Of a DNA stretch of 64,000 bases, positions 9,663-19,843 are shown one piece after another. Source of the stretch: a phage; the NCBI GenBank assembly GCA_028130375.1, contig GCA_028130375.1_3658.1. One strand, given 5' to 3'. How positions within the stretch are numbered: the first letter of the stretch is position 1; each line of letters begins with the position of its first letter. The notes under the pieces are model-generated. The model saw only the letters and a program-made list of their open reading frames with translations, was not told the origin of the DNA and made no database searches. Made by a program: the position numbers and the translations under genes.

Positions 9663-12600
9663 ATGCTTCCAATCCCTTTGCTAAAACTTGGTCGTCATTT
9701 CCTCGATAAGAGGGGTGGAATTAAGGAACTTGCTGTTCTGTCATACCCAATAGACAACAGTGATGGTACAAGCAACACAGTATCCTATGTAAATAGCTTA
9801 GCTATACTTTTTGATGATGGTCAGCTTAATATTACTGGCTATAACAAGTTCGGAGAGTGCCGCACTGGGGATCGTAGCCCTATAAACTATCCGAGCGAAA
9901 CAGCCTGGAATGTTGATCATGTGTGGAGAGCAGACCGCGCGTTTGTGATCCGGACTTTTGATAACCAGTTTTTCTACATCGGCTGCACTGCAGGTCTTAT
10001 CGGATCCACTGCGGCAGGCGGTAATGATGTTTGCGTAAACGAGTGGACACCACTCCCAGAGCAGATTGTTAAAGGATTGCACCTTGACACCCACCCAGAA
10101 CGCCTTATTGAGGTGATGGGCGGTATTAACAACACTGTCTGGGTTATTGCAGAGGCAGAAGGTACTGGCATACTTAACCTGTATGGATCTGGTAACAACA
10201 CCTACGGATCTTTGCATGTAGATAAAAATCAGCATGCAACCCCTGTAAAGATTGGTGAGACATCGGAAAATCCTGAAACAGGCCCTTGGAAAAACCCAAG
10301 CATCAACTGTGAGGTGCATGACAACTCTGTTATTTTCGGTGGTCCTAGGGGTTTCTGGATTGCTGGATACGACTTTCTGAGAAATAACAGTAGAAACGAC
10401 CTTGTTTGGCCTCCTGTGCAGGTTACTCGTAACGATTTGAGGGGCATTCCTGCAGATGAGGAGTGGAAAGGGTTTATGTGTGGTCCTAACGGGGCAGTAA
10501 TTGCTACACAGAGGATGCATAGACCCGATGACCAGCAGCTTGTTAACGTATTTTATGGTCAAAACATTTGGGGAGATGATACATGGCGGGAACTGAATAT
10601 CACCTACACCCATGAGGTAATGATGGCTCGTGGGTACGGCACAAGTGGCATTTTCTTCAATAATGGCACTAAGCAGTATCGTGGGTTCTCTCGCAACTTA
10701 TGTAATGATATTGGTGCACAATCTGCAAACAATAGTCCTAGGGCCGATTTTATCCACTATCAAGCTCTTGCTACAGCTAAATATGTTGAGCAACGCCTGC
10801 CAGTCAGCTGGACAGAGAGTGTTTATTTCCAAGGCATCCACAGAGAAGGTTTCTTAGGGACCTTTACTGTTGTTAATGGTAAACTTTGGTGGTCAGGTAT
10901 CCCAAGGGGAAGTTTTACAGGCTCTAATAACCTGTTTGGCGGCAGACTTAATAGTCAGGGGTTCACAGAGGTTCCTGAGAATTGGTATAAAAATGTCCCA
11001 GTAGACAGTTGGGGCGTTGATGATATTTTCGACGTTAATGGTGTTAGCAGTGTTAGCAATATCTACATTGGTGACACGGTCAAGATGAAATTGAAGCCTC
11101 AGCCAGAGGGAGCTACGTTCATCATTGACAAGATTGAACTGGTGAATGCTGCAGGTACGGTTGTTACAGATGCAAATTACCAATTCTCCACCAACTGGAA
11201 CCACGGCGGGGCCAACGAAGTTGTTGTTACCCAGTATAACAGAAATGTTAACAGACGTGGCCTGTACTCTGTAAAAATAACCTATCATGACAAGCATGGC
11301 ACAGGCAGAACTCACACGACAAGGACTTTGAACTGGAACACCATAGTTCCTGCGTATCCGTCCAACGGCAAGTGGCATACCGTTGGTAGAAACAAGCAGT
11401 TCCATGTTAACGATACTGTATACTTTGGGCTGAATGGGACCCAGCCTGCAGTAGAAGGGGATACATCGTATATGGTCAGACTCCACAGAATGGATGCTGG
11501 ATCAGTCACTTATGATGTGACCCAAGAGATCTACGATCAAAGACGCGCCACGTATGACAATATTGTGAAAACACAAGCCTTGTGGGAGTTCAATCCTAAT
11601 GGCAAGGGTGGTAAAATGTTGCAGATTAATGAGCAGAACGGAACGTCGTTGACTGTTCACGAACACCCAGACCCTTGGCCTGATCCTGGAAAACCTCACC
11701 CGGGAGCTCGTACACTGAAAATTGTCAGCCATGATGCAGGATATTTCGGAATACGCTGGGAAGCTACAGTAAGATATGTCGACGGGACAACAAACAACAT
11801 AGGGATTACACTTGGCGGCACTAGTGAAGATAACTCGCTGAAAATTGCCTACACGCCCAGAGGTATCTCTATTGATAATATGGATGTTGTTCGCAATGGT
11901 TACGGCGATGTGAATGTCAAAGTTACTCTTGGCGAACATCTTGGTGGGGAAAGGATCATCATGTATGCCTTTGATCATGATCCACGCACCAATGGAACTT
12001 ATGCAAATCAGGCATGGAGTTACCTGATAAATGCACCTGAGCCGAATACTAAAGAGTTCTACTATGGTATGAAGCGAGATGTGTGCAAGAAAACAGGAAC
12101 ACATGACTGGATTGCTATCTGCGTTAAAGATGAGCGCACAGCTTGGGATGAGCCTGTTAACAGATGGTTCATAGGTATTCCTACCAGAAGTGATAAGTAT
12201 GTCGCAGAATATATTGTATGCATGGGCGGTACCAACCTAAACATGTGTTGGAACGAAGATGTAAACAAATACTCTGATTATGACTATATGAGGGATTACT
12301 CTTGTAATTTGTGGTTTAACCAAACTACAGGTTACCCTCCAAGACAGGCGAGAGTAAACCCTGCAATCTTCACAGACACGCAGGTTTTCTTGACAAAACA
12401 GGCCAACGAGGTTCAGACCTTCAAGAATAAATACGATCCTAACAAGTGGTTCTACAACTGTTACGGCGCATTTTTCTGGGGACCTGGTGAGTTACCTGGT
12501 GGGGGATCTTGCTTGAATGAGGCAACTTACGCAAGTGACTACATCATGGGGCAGGTCAAGAAGTATAAGATAATCCCCGGTCCTGAGACTTTGGGCAATG

Positions 12601-15299
12601 CAGTTGACCCTTATATCATCATGACTGCACTGAGATCAAACATGGATGGGACATCCATGTCCATGCAAATTCCGGTAACAAACGGATACAAACGTGTTGT
12701 GATGATCATTAAGTGCGACCTGATAGGTAAACAAGTTCTTGCAGAAAACGGGACATCCACACATCCTTTTGAGATCGCTCTGCACTATCAGTTTGCTGAC
12801 TCACCTTTTGCAGGGGATAAGAGAATATCTGATACAGACGCACAGCGTTGTAAGAAAGTATTGTTGGGTGCAGGTTGGTGGTGGTATGAGTTTGATTTAA
12901 CAGACAAATTCACCGACACGTCTAAAGTTGTAACAGGACTTCGTCTAGACCTTGGCGAGAACATGCACAAAGCTGTTTGTGATGGCACCTATGGTGACCC
13001 TACAATATACCTAAAATATGTTTCTTTTGAGCATCCGGAAGATGTTGTCTACGGTCCAAAACTGAGATTGTTTGGCAGCTGGATTGCAAAAGATAGGGTA
13101 GGCATGGGTAAGAAGGTAAGAGGGTTCTTGGTTGATGCAGGAACAGAAGACATGCTGGTTAATGCAGTATGGCCTGAATTACCTGGGACTCAGTGGGACA
13201 ACTCAGCCAAATCTATAAACTGGTTTAACATTCATAGGGCCATGTGGACCACTAACTGCTACTTGTGGAGAGAGCTTAACGATCAGGCCTTTGGATTCAG
13301 CGATGGTAGAAGGATGGCGATCATTTGCTGGACAACACTGCAAAGATGTTATGACCATGACTATGAGATTGGGGGCAGGGCATGGAAAAATATCAGGGAT
13401 AGAATCATAACCAATTTTGCAGACGACAACGGTGGTGGAGCACATAACTTTGGCACAAGCCGACTCATCCATTTGAACGGATCCTCAGCCTACAAGAAAG
13501 AAGGTTACTCTGGGTCTATGATCGAGTGGGGTCTGGTGAAAGATGCTCGCGTATTGATGGGCCAGCAACTTGCTGCCGCAATAGGTCCCAGCGCAGTGCA
13601 GTCGGTTAAACCAGCGTGGTTCGATATTCCATTGTGGTCACCCGGAACACCGGGAACTGCTGCAATCAACCCTGCCACTGGGGATCTGGAAATCTCCTGG
13701 GAAGACCTGAAGCAGGTCGGTGGTTGGGACAAAACAGGGTATCAGGTTCAATGGTGGAGGGCTGACGGATCTTTAGCCGCTGATGAGTTTGTTAAGGACA
13801 ATTTCTACACTATGTCCTCTGCAAAAGCACAGCAATTATTTGGTCAGGCAACTCCGTCAACGATCACCATGTCTATGTGCTGTAAAGACAACAGGACTGG
13901 AGCTTTGGGGCCAAGGGTTGCTAAAGTTTTCTCAGGTATTAAATGGAATCTACCTGTCCAAAGTATTTCATGGAAGCAAATAGGTGATAACAAGCTGCTG
14001 GTTACCCCTGCCTGTCAGTTCAACGCAACTCTTAACGTTGATCCTGCTGTTGCGGCAAACTCAGCTAAAGCTTCTGACTTCTCTGTGTCTAACACTGCTA
14101 TGGCAGATGTGAGGAAGATTGACACGCTGAACGCCAGAATTACCTGTAAAAACACTTATGGCACATTCCAAATCATCAACAACTTCACAGATGCTGATTC
14201 TAAGGTAGTGAGGACAGCAAGCCAGACTCTGAGTTTAGGAACTCTGGCCTATGCGGCCCTGATCACCGAACAGTCGGCAACACTCCAAGGAGGTGGTGTA
14301 GGCAAGTCCATTACAACACCTGTGTGGAAGCCAAATGAGTGGGTTGTGTTTGATTTGACTGTGGACTTCTCCAGCGATAATAACTGGACATGGGTAAGGA
14401 ATTGTTTGTCACAGTTGATGGGCGGTCCAAGCTCCGTTAGTGATAGTCACGACTCTACTGACCCGAGTGTGTTCCAGGTAGGTAAAACTCACCCAGAGAC
14501 TGGAGAAACGTTGCCTGACAGGAAGTATGCTTTGGTTTGCATCTCTTACGGGAAGGCAGATGTCACCTTCTCAGGGACACACACTTATAACGGAACCTAC
14601 AACTTCTCAAGGAAGTATAGTCTCAAAGCAGGGAACATTATAGACGAGGTTGGTGTGCTGTATAATCCGGGCAACGGCATAGGGATTGTTGGTGGTAAAC
14701 TGCAGATGCAGGAACCTTCTATTACCCCTTCCAACGTATCCGGGATTAGAAAGACTTGGGAAAGTAGTAATACCAACATTGCAACAGTGGATGCCACCAC
14801 AGGACTGGTAACATTTAAAGCTACTGGGAATGTCACCATAAAGTTTGTAGTTACAGATGATGCAGGGCGCAAAACGTCTTCAACATCTTTTACTGTCAAA
14901 CAGATGGCACCACAGTGGAGAATGTGGATAGGTACAGCAACAAACGGGGCATACCCTAATCCGGCAGGTACTTCTGGTATGAAGACTTTCTCTACAAGCA
15001 AACCGATGGAGTACGGCAGCGGTCCTAAGGTAGGGCAGATGGTGTACTTTGGTGCGTATATTCCTGAAATTATAGGGCTTCCGAGAAGTCAGCTTCAGTT
15101 GCTGTTTGGGGCTGGTGTTGACGATCTTGCCACTTTCGGGTATAGCGACAACATCGAGGCTGCAAGGAGTTCAGGATGGGTAGGGTTCAGAATGGAGTCT
15201 GGAAAGGAAGGCAGGATTCTAGGGACAGCCTCTATAGGTGTTATGTTCCCTGGTGACCAGCAGTATCGTCTAGAAGCCTACGCAACCTTTTCTCGTTAA
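9663..15299 (+). CDS. Giant tail fibre / adhesin with Ig-like (Big_2-type) domain
   Basis: 1878-aa ORF at the end of the structural operon; C-terminal segment ITPSNVSGIRKTWESSNTNIATVDATTGLVTFKATGNVTIKFVVTDDAGRKTSSTSFTV resembles bacterial Ig-like group 2 domains. Confidence 0.55.
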   Translation: MLPIPLLKLGRHFLDKRGGIKELAVLSYPIDNSDGTSNTVSYVNSLAILFDDGQLNITGYNKFGECRTGDRSPINYPSETAWNVDHVWRADRAFVIRTFDNQFFYIGCTAGLIGSTAAGGNDVCVNEWTPLPEQIVKGLHLDTHPERLIEVMGGINNTVWVIAEAEGTGILNLYGSGNNTYGSLHVDKNQHATPVKIGETSENPETGPWKNPSINCEVHDNSVIFGGPRGFWIAGYDFLRNNSRNDLVWPPVQVTRNDLRGIPADEEWKGFMCGPNGAVIATQRMHRPDDQQLVNVFYGQNIWGDDTWRELNITYTHEVMMARGYGTSGIFFNNGTKQYRGFSRNLCNDIGAQSANNSPRADFIHYQALATAKYVEQRLPVSWTESVYFQGIHREGFLGTFTVVNGKLWWSGIPRGSFTGSNNLFGGRLNSQGFTEVPENWYKNVPVDSWGVDDIFDVNGVSSVSNIYIGDTVKMKLKPQPEGATFIIDKIELVNAAGTVVTDANYQFSTNWNHGGANEVVVTQYNRNVNRRGLYSVKITYHDKHGTGRTHTTRTLNWNTIVPAYPSNGKWHTVGRNKQFHVNDTVYFGLNGTQPAVEGDTSYMVRLHRMDAGSVTYDVTQEIYDQRRATYDNIVKTQALWEFNPNGKGGKMLQINEQNGTSLTVHEHPDPWPDPGKPHPGARTLKIVSHDAGYFGIRWEATVRYVDGTTNNIGITLGGTSEDNSLKIAYTPRGISIDNMDVVRNGYGDVNVKVTLGEHLGGERIIMYAFDHDPRTNGTYANQAWSYLINAPEPNTKEFYYGMKRDVCKKTGTHDWIAICVKDERTAWDEPVNRWFIGIPTRSDKYVAEYIVCMGGTNLNMCWNEDVNKYSDYDYMRDYSCNLWFNQTTGYPPRQARVNPAIFTDTQVFLTKQANEVQTFKNKYDPNKWFYNCYGAFFWGPGELPGGGSCLNEATYASDYIMGQVKKYKIIPGPETLGNAVDPYIIMTALRSNMDGTSMSMQIPVTNGYKRVVMIIKCDLIGKQVLAENGTSTHPFEIALHYQFADSPFAGDKRISDTDAQRCKKVLLGAGWWWYEFDLTDKFTDTSKVVTGLRLDLGENMHKAVCDGTYGDPTIYLKYVSFEHPEDVVYGPKLRLFGSWIAKDRVGMGKKVRGFLVDAGTEDMLVNAVWPELPGTQWDNSAKSINWFNIHRAMWTTNCYLWRELNDQAFGFSDGRRMAIICWTTLQRCYDHDYEIGGRAWKNIRDRIITNFADDNGGGAHNFGTSRLIHLNGSSAYKKEGYSGSMIEWGLVKDARVLMGQQLAAAIGPSAVQSVKPAWFDIPLWSPGTPGTAAINPATGDLEISWEDLKQVGGWDKTGYQVQWWRADGSLAADEFVKDNFYTMSSAKAQQLFGQATPSTITMSMCCKDNRTGALGPRVAKVFSGIKWNLPVQSISWKQIGDNKLLVTPACQFNATLNVDPAVAANSAKASDFSVSNTAMADVRKIDTLNARITCKNTYGTFQIINNFTDADSKVVRTASQTLSLGTLAYAALITEQSATLQGGGVGKSITTPVWKPNEWVVFDLTVDFSSDNNWTWVRNCLSQLMGGPSSVSDSHDSTDPSVFQVGKTHPETGETLPDRKYALVCISYGKADVTFSGTHTYNGTYNFSRKYSLKAGNIIDEVGVLYNPGNGIGIVGGKLQMQEPSITPSNVSGIRKTWESSNTNIATVDATTGLVTFKATGNVTIKFVVTDDAGRKTSSTSFTVKQMAPQWRMWIGTATNGAYPNPAGTSGMKTFSTSKPMEYGSGPKVGQMVYFGAYIPEIIGLPRSQLQLLFGAGVDDLATFGYSDNIEAARSSGWVGFRMESGKEGRILGTASIGVMFPGDQQYRLEAYATFSR

Positions 15300-15312
15300 C
15301 AAGGGGGTAAAT

Positions 15313-15342
15313 AAAAAGGGGCCAAACGGCCCCTTTCTTTTT
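15313..15342. terminator. Bidirectional rho-independent terminator between convergent genes
   Basis: A-run, stem ggggcc / ggcccc with aaac loop, then T-run; lies between + stop at 15299 and - stop at 15347. Confidence 0.7.
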
Positions 15343-15346
15343 ATAG

Positions 15347-15547
15347 TTAGTAATACTCCCAACATGCCCCATCTTCAGACGGCTTGACGCGCTTACCTTT
15401 ATGGTCAACATAGGTATAGCCACAACCTTCACAAATAGCAGGTGCTGCATAGCCTTCCTTCCACTGATCCTCAGTGATCAGACCTTCCAAATCTTTGCAG
15501 TCAAAGCCAAACAACTCTTCAGAGCAATCTTTACAAAAATCAGCCAT
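15347..15547 (-). CDS. Small Cys-rich zinc-ribbon-like protein
   Basis: 66 aa with CKDC...C...CEGC...C spacing. Confidence 0.45.
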   Translation of the reverse strand: MADFCKDCSEELFGFDCKDLEGLITEDQWKEGYAAPAICEGCGYTYVDHKGKRVKPSEDGACWEYY

Positions 15548-15550
15548 TTC

Positions 15551-16015
15551 TCAGTCCTCGCATTTAACAAATTTTTCTATAGATCCACCAAGCACAGCTT
15601 GTTGTTTGATGGCACTTTCTTCATCATAGTGGATAGACTTATGTTCCGTACCTCCAAACTTACCTGTGTGGAAGGTGTGCACCCAAATCTCTTTAGGAAG
15701 GGATTTATTCTCTTCCTCCACCAACTCCCACATACCCCACAAGTGATCTGTGATATCTCTGATGAAATATCCCTCGCCGAGGTTTGTATTCACACTGTAA
15801 GCTGATTCGTGATCTCCGCAAATATAACGGAAGGCAGTGTACTCTTTACCTGGTGTGAAGTGAGTATCCATTAGTATGGCTGTTAAAGAATAAGGGTCTC
15901 GAAAGCCCAAGAACTTTAGTTTAACAATTTCGACATTTACATCTGCAAGATTATCCATGACGATCTCCTCTGTTTGGTTGGTGAGAATTATATATAGATC
16001 TGGTGGTGGTGTCAA
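15551..16015 (-). CDS. Hypothetical protein
   Basis: 154-aa ORF; true start may be the internal Met at about 15958. Confidence 0.45.
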   Translation of the reverse strand: MTPPPDLYIILTNQTEEIVMDNLADVNVEIVKLKFLGFRDPYSLTAILMDTHFTPGKEYTAFRYICGDHESAYSVNTNLGEGYFIRDITDHLWGMWELVEEENKSLPKEIWVHTFHTGKFGGTEHKSIHYDEESAIKQQAVLGGSIEKFVKCED

Positions 16016-16215
16016 GCCTAATTTTAAGAGATCTGAGAGGGTATTTTATTCAGGAAGGCAATCGCACAGGGTGGAGAAATTTATGAAGGCACAGGCCTCG
16101 TTTGAGGCCTTAAATTCTATTATGACACTTTGACATAGCGCTCTGACAAAGCTGGGAAGCCAAAAGTAGTGCCTATACTACCATAGGCTATCCACCATTG
16201 GAGTTCATCGTGACA

Positions 16216-16500
16216 TCATTTTCCGATCAGGAAGGTGCTGGGATAGCGGGTCAGTATTTTGGCATAAGCTTTAGGATCTGCATCTTCTGGGATAATGATG
16301 CTTGGAATATCTTTGTTATGACCACAGCAGCAGTTTAGCGTTTTCAAACCTGCTGCCCACAAACTCATGATAGGCTTAGCCATACACTTATCAAGGCACA
16401 CACGTTTTTTGCCGTCACGAAGATTTTTAGGCACATCAACGATAACATTTGGATGCTTGGCACCTTTCACTTTCCAATTATAGGATTTACACTTGCACAT
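16216..16500 (-). CDS. Cys-rich hypothetical protein (CCCGH motif), possible metal-binding/nuclease-like
   Basis: 94 aa with C-x-C, C...C and CCCGHNK motif; family not recognised. Confidence 0.4.
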   Translation of the reverse strand: MCKCKSYNWKVKGAKHPNVIVDVPKNLRDGKKRVCLDKCMAKPIMSLWAAGLKTLNCCCGHNKDIPSIIIPEDADPKAYAKILTRYPSTFLIGK

Positions 16501-16554
16501 TTAATCAGTCTCCGTCTAGAAAGCCGCACTATACGTTTTTGAGGTATACTTTAC

Positions 16555-16721
16555 TTAAAGTCTTTATCACCTGCCACGATTGCATGAATCCACTCATTGT
16601 GATGCTCAATAGCGGTGAGATGTAACATGATGTAGTGATCGTCATTGCCAAACATGGTATGATAGGCTTTGGCAGCATTTTGATATAACTTCCACATCAG
16701 GTAATGATATCTTCGCCTCAT
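16555..16721 (-). CDS. Small hypothetical protein (55 aa)
   Basis: Unlisted short ORF on - strand with GGAG 8 nt upstream of ATG at 16719-16721, filling an otherwise empty 230-bp gap. Confidence 0.25.
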
Positions 16722-16726
16722 GGCTC

Positions 16727-17197
16727 TTACTCCGGTTCAGGATCTGGGTAATCTTCAATAATAAAGGGCCATCCGTTCCGCTTAGCCTCAGACTTATACT
16801 CAATCTCCTTCATTGCAAACTCTAACTGATTCTTAGCCGGAATACATGCCGGAGAATCATCAATCCAGATATCTGGGTAGATATCAAACTGCGCCAGGTA
16901 GGCTGCCTTCTGAACACCACCTGTGTAGAACACACCAACATCGAGCTCCTTGCGCCAATACTCAATGTCTACATTGTCTTGAGTAATGAATCGGAAAGTC
17001 ACAAGGTAGACTGTCCACCCCTCCTTCTTCAGATCCCTGATCAGGCTGGAGAAGATGAAAGGGCTCGCATTAAACGTTCCATCAAAGTCGATGGCAATGA
17101 TGTGCGTGCCGTGGCGAGTCTCATATGGATTGCTCGTGGTAAGATTGCTGTAATTAAAAGGGACTTCTTCCCCGCAGTAGCTGTAGTCCATATTCAC
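16727..17197 (-). CDS. HAD-superfamily phosphatase / nucleotidase-like protein
   Basis: 156 aa; motif I IIAIDFDGT (DxDGT) and C-terminal IWIDDS acidic motif typical of HAD hydrolases. Confidence 0.6.
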   Translation of the reverse strand: MNMDYSYCGEEVPFNYSNLTTSNPYETRHGTHIIAIDFDGTFNASPFIFSSLIRDLKKEGWTVYLVTFRFITQDNVDIEYWRKELDVGVFYTGGVQKAAYLAQFDIYPDIWIDDSPACIPAKNQLEFAMKEIEYKSEAKRNGWPFIIEDYPDPEPE

Positions 17198-17469
17198 ACC
17201 TTCTCGTTGATAAATTTACGGGCGGTTTGGTGAGTTGTTTCTGCTGTCTTCAGAATGATATTAATTTTATCGTCAAGATCATTCATCTCGGCAGTTAATT
17301 CAGGAATCTCTCCGGCATGCATGGTGAAATCATACATAGACATGCCCAAGATCTCATTGATGCGGCGGTTGCATTCTGCAGCACGCTGGTTCATTTTCCA
17401 AGCTAACACCAAAGCCTCCTGCGTAGCCTCTAGTGCAAAATCTAATACGTCGGCCTCTTCTTTCGTCAT
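17194..17469 (-). CDS. Hypothetical protein
   Basis: 91-aa ORF, start overlaps downstream gene by 4 bp. Confidence 0.45.
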   Translation of the reverse strand: MTKEEADVLDFALEATQEALVLAWKMNQRAAECNRRINEILGMSMYDFTMHAGEIPELTAEMNDLDDKINIILKTAETTHQTARKFINEKV

Positions 17470-17526
17470 CTTAGTCTCTCCTGTTGTATTGTTGGTAGGT
17501 GTATGAATACCTTATAACTCACCTTT

Positions 17527-18093
17527 TTATTCAAACTGCAATAGTAAGTCCACCACCGCGCTAGGTCTGTCAACAAATTCCCCAGGTCCACATGCCCACA
17601 GAGGGTATCCGTCTACATACCGCCAAATCCAACCTGCAGTGTGGAGTTCGAGCAGGGCAGTACCGTCCTTACTGTCAACCACTCTTTCCCACAGTGTCGG
17701 GCAGCGAAGCTTGAGGATCGGATCCCCTCCCTTATACCCATCCATGTAGATACCCATTGCAAAGTTCAGCATCATCTTTTTGTGCACTGATCTTTTACTG
17801 AGGGTACTCATCACTTCCTCTTTGTGAATGTTTGTAAGCTTCTCCTTGGCTACCCGCAGATCGTTGCAACCATTGTTCAGCAGATCTTCCAGACACTTGA
17901 TCCGAAGGTCGTGAATGTCTTTGTCGTGTACCGTTGGCACAGGGTCGTAGCGGTATAGCACTGTTGATACAAGGTTGCTCGGGTGTGGGTCTGACAGCAA
18001 CCCATAACCCCAATACTCTTCTGTATCTGAAAGGACAAGACACCCAATGTCTCTGTCAAGCTTTCCTGTGTTGTAAGCCACATTGACCGCCAT
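17527..18093 (-). CDS. Hypothetical protein
   Basis: 188-aa ORF, no recognisable motif. Confidence 0.5.
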   Translation of the reverse strand: MAVNVAYNTGKLDRDIGCLVLSDTEEYWGYGLLSDPHPSNLVSTVLYRYDPVPTVHDKDIHDLRIKCLEDLLNNGCNDLRVAKEKLTNIHKEEVMSTLSKRSVHKKMMLNFAMGIYMDGYKGGDPILKLRCPTLWERVVDSKDGTALLELHTAGWIWRYVDGYPLWACGPGEFVDRPSAVVDLLLQFE

Positions 18094-18095
18094 GA

Positions 18096-18341
18096 CTATA
18101 GCTCCACTAGCAAAGTGCTTTCAAAGTGCCGTTCATGCAAACCGTTGTAAGGGACCACTTCTACAACGCCATCACGGACATATGGGGCCATCATGGTGGT
18201 ATAATCTCCAAACGGGTTGGTATTGTCACTAACCACAACCACCTTCTGCCATTCCTTGGCAGAGTGCCAAATAGATCTGCACTTCATCAGGTGTTCGAGA
18301 GCTCCAGGTAAAATTTTGTTACGTTCTTTACGGGTCTTCAT
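18096..18341 (-). CDS. Hypothetical protein
   Basis: 81-aa ORF tightly packed between neighbours. Confidence 0.4.
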   Translation of the reverse strand: MKTRKERNKILPGALEHLMKCRSIWHSAKEWQKVVVVSDNTNPFGDYTTMMAPYVRDGVVEVVPYNGLHERHFESTLLVEL

Positions 18342-18787
18342 AACAGATATAGCTCCTTATGAAAGTGGTCTTTTAATTTCTCACTGAGAAACTTCTTGAT
18401 ACCTTCCTCTAAAGTGTTTTCGATGTAGTCCAGCTTAACTGCTTCGATGGACATATCATAGATTGCCAGCTCTAAGCTGTCAAGTCCCATCATAGCATGA
18501 ACCATAAGATTTTCATCTTCAGATACATTCAGGGGACTTCCTATAACATCTGGAGGCAGAATAGTTTCCCAATTATTCTGGGTGGTAGTTCTCCCGCCAT
18601 CTACTTTACGGCGCAGTTCGAATGTGTTCTTAGTGTAGAACACTTCATAAGAAACGATACGACTGTCACTCTCATAATAAACGAAGTTCAGGTAGGAGCC
18701 TAGCCGCAGTCGGCAAACTTCCACCCCAAACCATTGTTTCTTATAAGAATTCAGGCTAATGCTGTCGCATTCACGTTTGCTCAACAC
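18338..18787 (-). CDS. Hypothetical protein
   Basis: 149-aa ORF. Confidence 0.5.
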   Translation of the reverse strand: MLSKRECDSISLNSYKKQWFGVEVCRLRLGSYLNFVYYESDSRIVSYEVFYTKNTFELRRKVDGGRTTTQNNWETILPPDVIGSPLNVSEDENLMVHAMMGLDSLELAIYDMSIEAVKLDYIENTLEEGIKKFLSEKLKDHFHKELYLL

Positions 18788-18803
18788 GGCTATCTCCTTT
18801 TTG

Positions 18804-19037
18804 TTAATCTTCGTAAATCAGGATTTCTGCTTTAGGTTTTCGTGCTTTCAGGTCCAGCTCTATCCAGTGCACCATAGCTGTTTCAAGAAAAACAGCTTGG
18901 ATGCATCCGTCCTCAGCGTGCCCCACCAACATAACGAGATCTTCACCTTCGTCATCTGCATCACGAACATAAAGAATCTCTCCAGATTCGAAGTCTTTCA
19001 CAACCTGATTGCTAGATAATTTTCTAATTTTTGCCAT
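18804..19037 (-). CDS. Small paralogous protein, array member 4 (divergent)
   Basis: 77 aa; shares the G-x-V/I..V and I.ILGE/IEIL themes of the three upstream 87-aa genes. Confidence 0.45.
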   Translation of the reverse strand: MAKIRKLSSNQVVKDFESGEILYVRDADDEGEDLVMLVGHAEDGCIQAVFLETAMVHWIELDLKARKPKAEILIYED

Positions 19038-19038
19038 A

Positions 19039-19302
19039 TCAGAAACCCTCTAAAAAGCTCTTGTAGAAAACAATCTCAGTATCCACACCAGTCACAATCT
19101 TGTCGTTCCTGATTTCATCGGTAAGATAGGTGTCAAAACGCAGAACCTGTGTGGTGTTGTCACACATCCACTCAGCTGTGACCATTGCGAAAATCTTAGC
19201 ATCTTCATTATCTGGTGTGAATGTTACCACCTCACCGCACTTAAACTTTTCGATAGGCTGAGTGTTAGCTTTCGGTTCTGCGATAGTGATTTTTGTGGTC
19301 AT
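19039..19302 (-). CDS. Small paralogous protein, array member 3
   Basis: 87 aa; CGEVVTF...IVFY pattern parallels the neighbouring paralogs. Confidence 0.5.
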   Translation of the reverse strand: MTTKITIAEPKANTQPIEKFKCGEVVTFTPDNEDAKIFAMVTAEWMCDNTTQVLRFDTYLTDEIRNDKIVTGVDTEIVFYKSFLEGF

Positions 19303-19565
19303 TATTCTCCTCCTTCTTTTGAATAGCTTGTCTCTCCAAGGATGGTAATTTTGGTGTCAAGCTCTGTAACTTTCATGTTTGGCGGCAGATCGTACAACTC
19401 ATTATTTTCTAAATCGAACCCCCACACACAATGTTCTCCTGTTTTGACAATCATAACTATGTTTTGAATGCCGTCTCCGTCGCAACTTACCACGGTCCCA
19501 CACGGAAAACTGTCTGCACGCTTTTTGTTCTTCACCTTAGAATTGAATACAATGCTGGTAGCCAT
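19302..19565 (-). CDS. Small paralogous protein, array member 2
   Basis: 87 aa; MATSIVF..CGTVV...ITILGE; start and stop overlap its neighbours. Confidence 0.5.
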   Translation of the reverse strand: MATSIVFNSKVKNKKRADSFPCGTVVSCDGDGIQNIVMIVKTGEHCVWGFDLENNELYDLPPNMKVTELDTKITILGETSYSKEGGE

Positions 19566-19828
19566 TATTGTTCCTCCACCATAACTTCGCCAAGAATTTC
19601 TATGCAGGCATCCATTTCTGTAACAACCAAACTGTGAGGCAGTTCTACAAACACCTTTCTGAACAGGTCAAATACCCCAACATATATGTTTGCAGGATGT
19701 GATTTTACAACAAGTGCTGTATTCACATCCCCAAGTTCATCAACAAACATCACCACAGTGCCTGGAGCTACTGAGGACAGATACTTCTTAGTTTTACGGT
19801 TTGATGCAAATTTTAACTCTGTTGCCAT
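19565..19828 (-). CDS. Small paralogous protein, array member 1
   Basis: 87 aa; MATELKF..PGTVV...IEILGE. Confidence 0.5.
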   Translation of the reverse strand: MATELKFASNRKTKKYLSSVAPGTVVMFVDELGDVNTALVVKSHPANIYVGVFDLFRKVFVELPHSLVVTEMDACIEILGEVMVEEQ

Positions 19829-19843
19829 AAATAACCTCCTCTC

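Noticed and set aside
9798-12268. Long - strand ORFs (271, 197, 200 aa) inside the 1878-aa gene
   Set aside because: Entirely antisense to a long, compositionally coherent + strand ORF, with low-complexity Cys/Arg-rich translations and no RBS context; treated as spurious.
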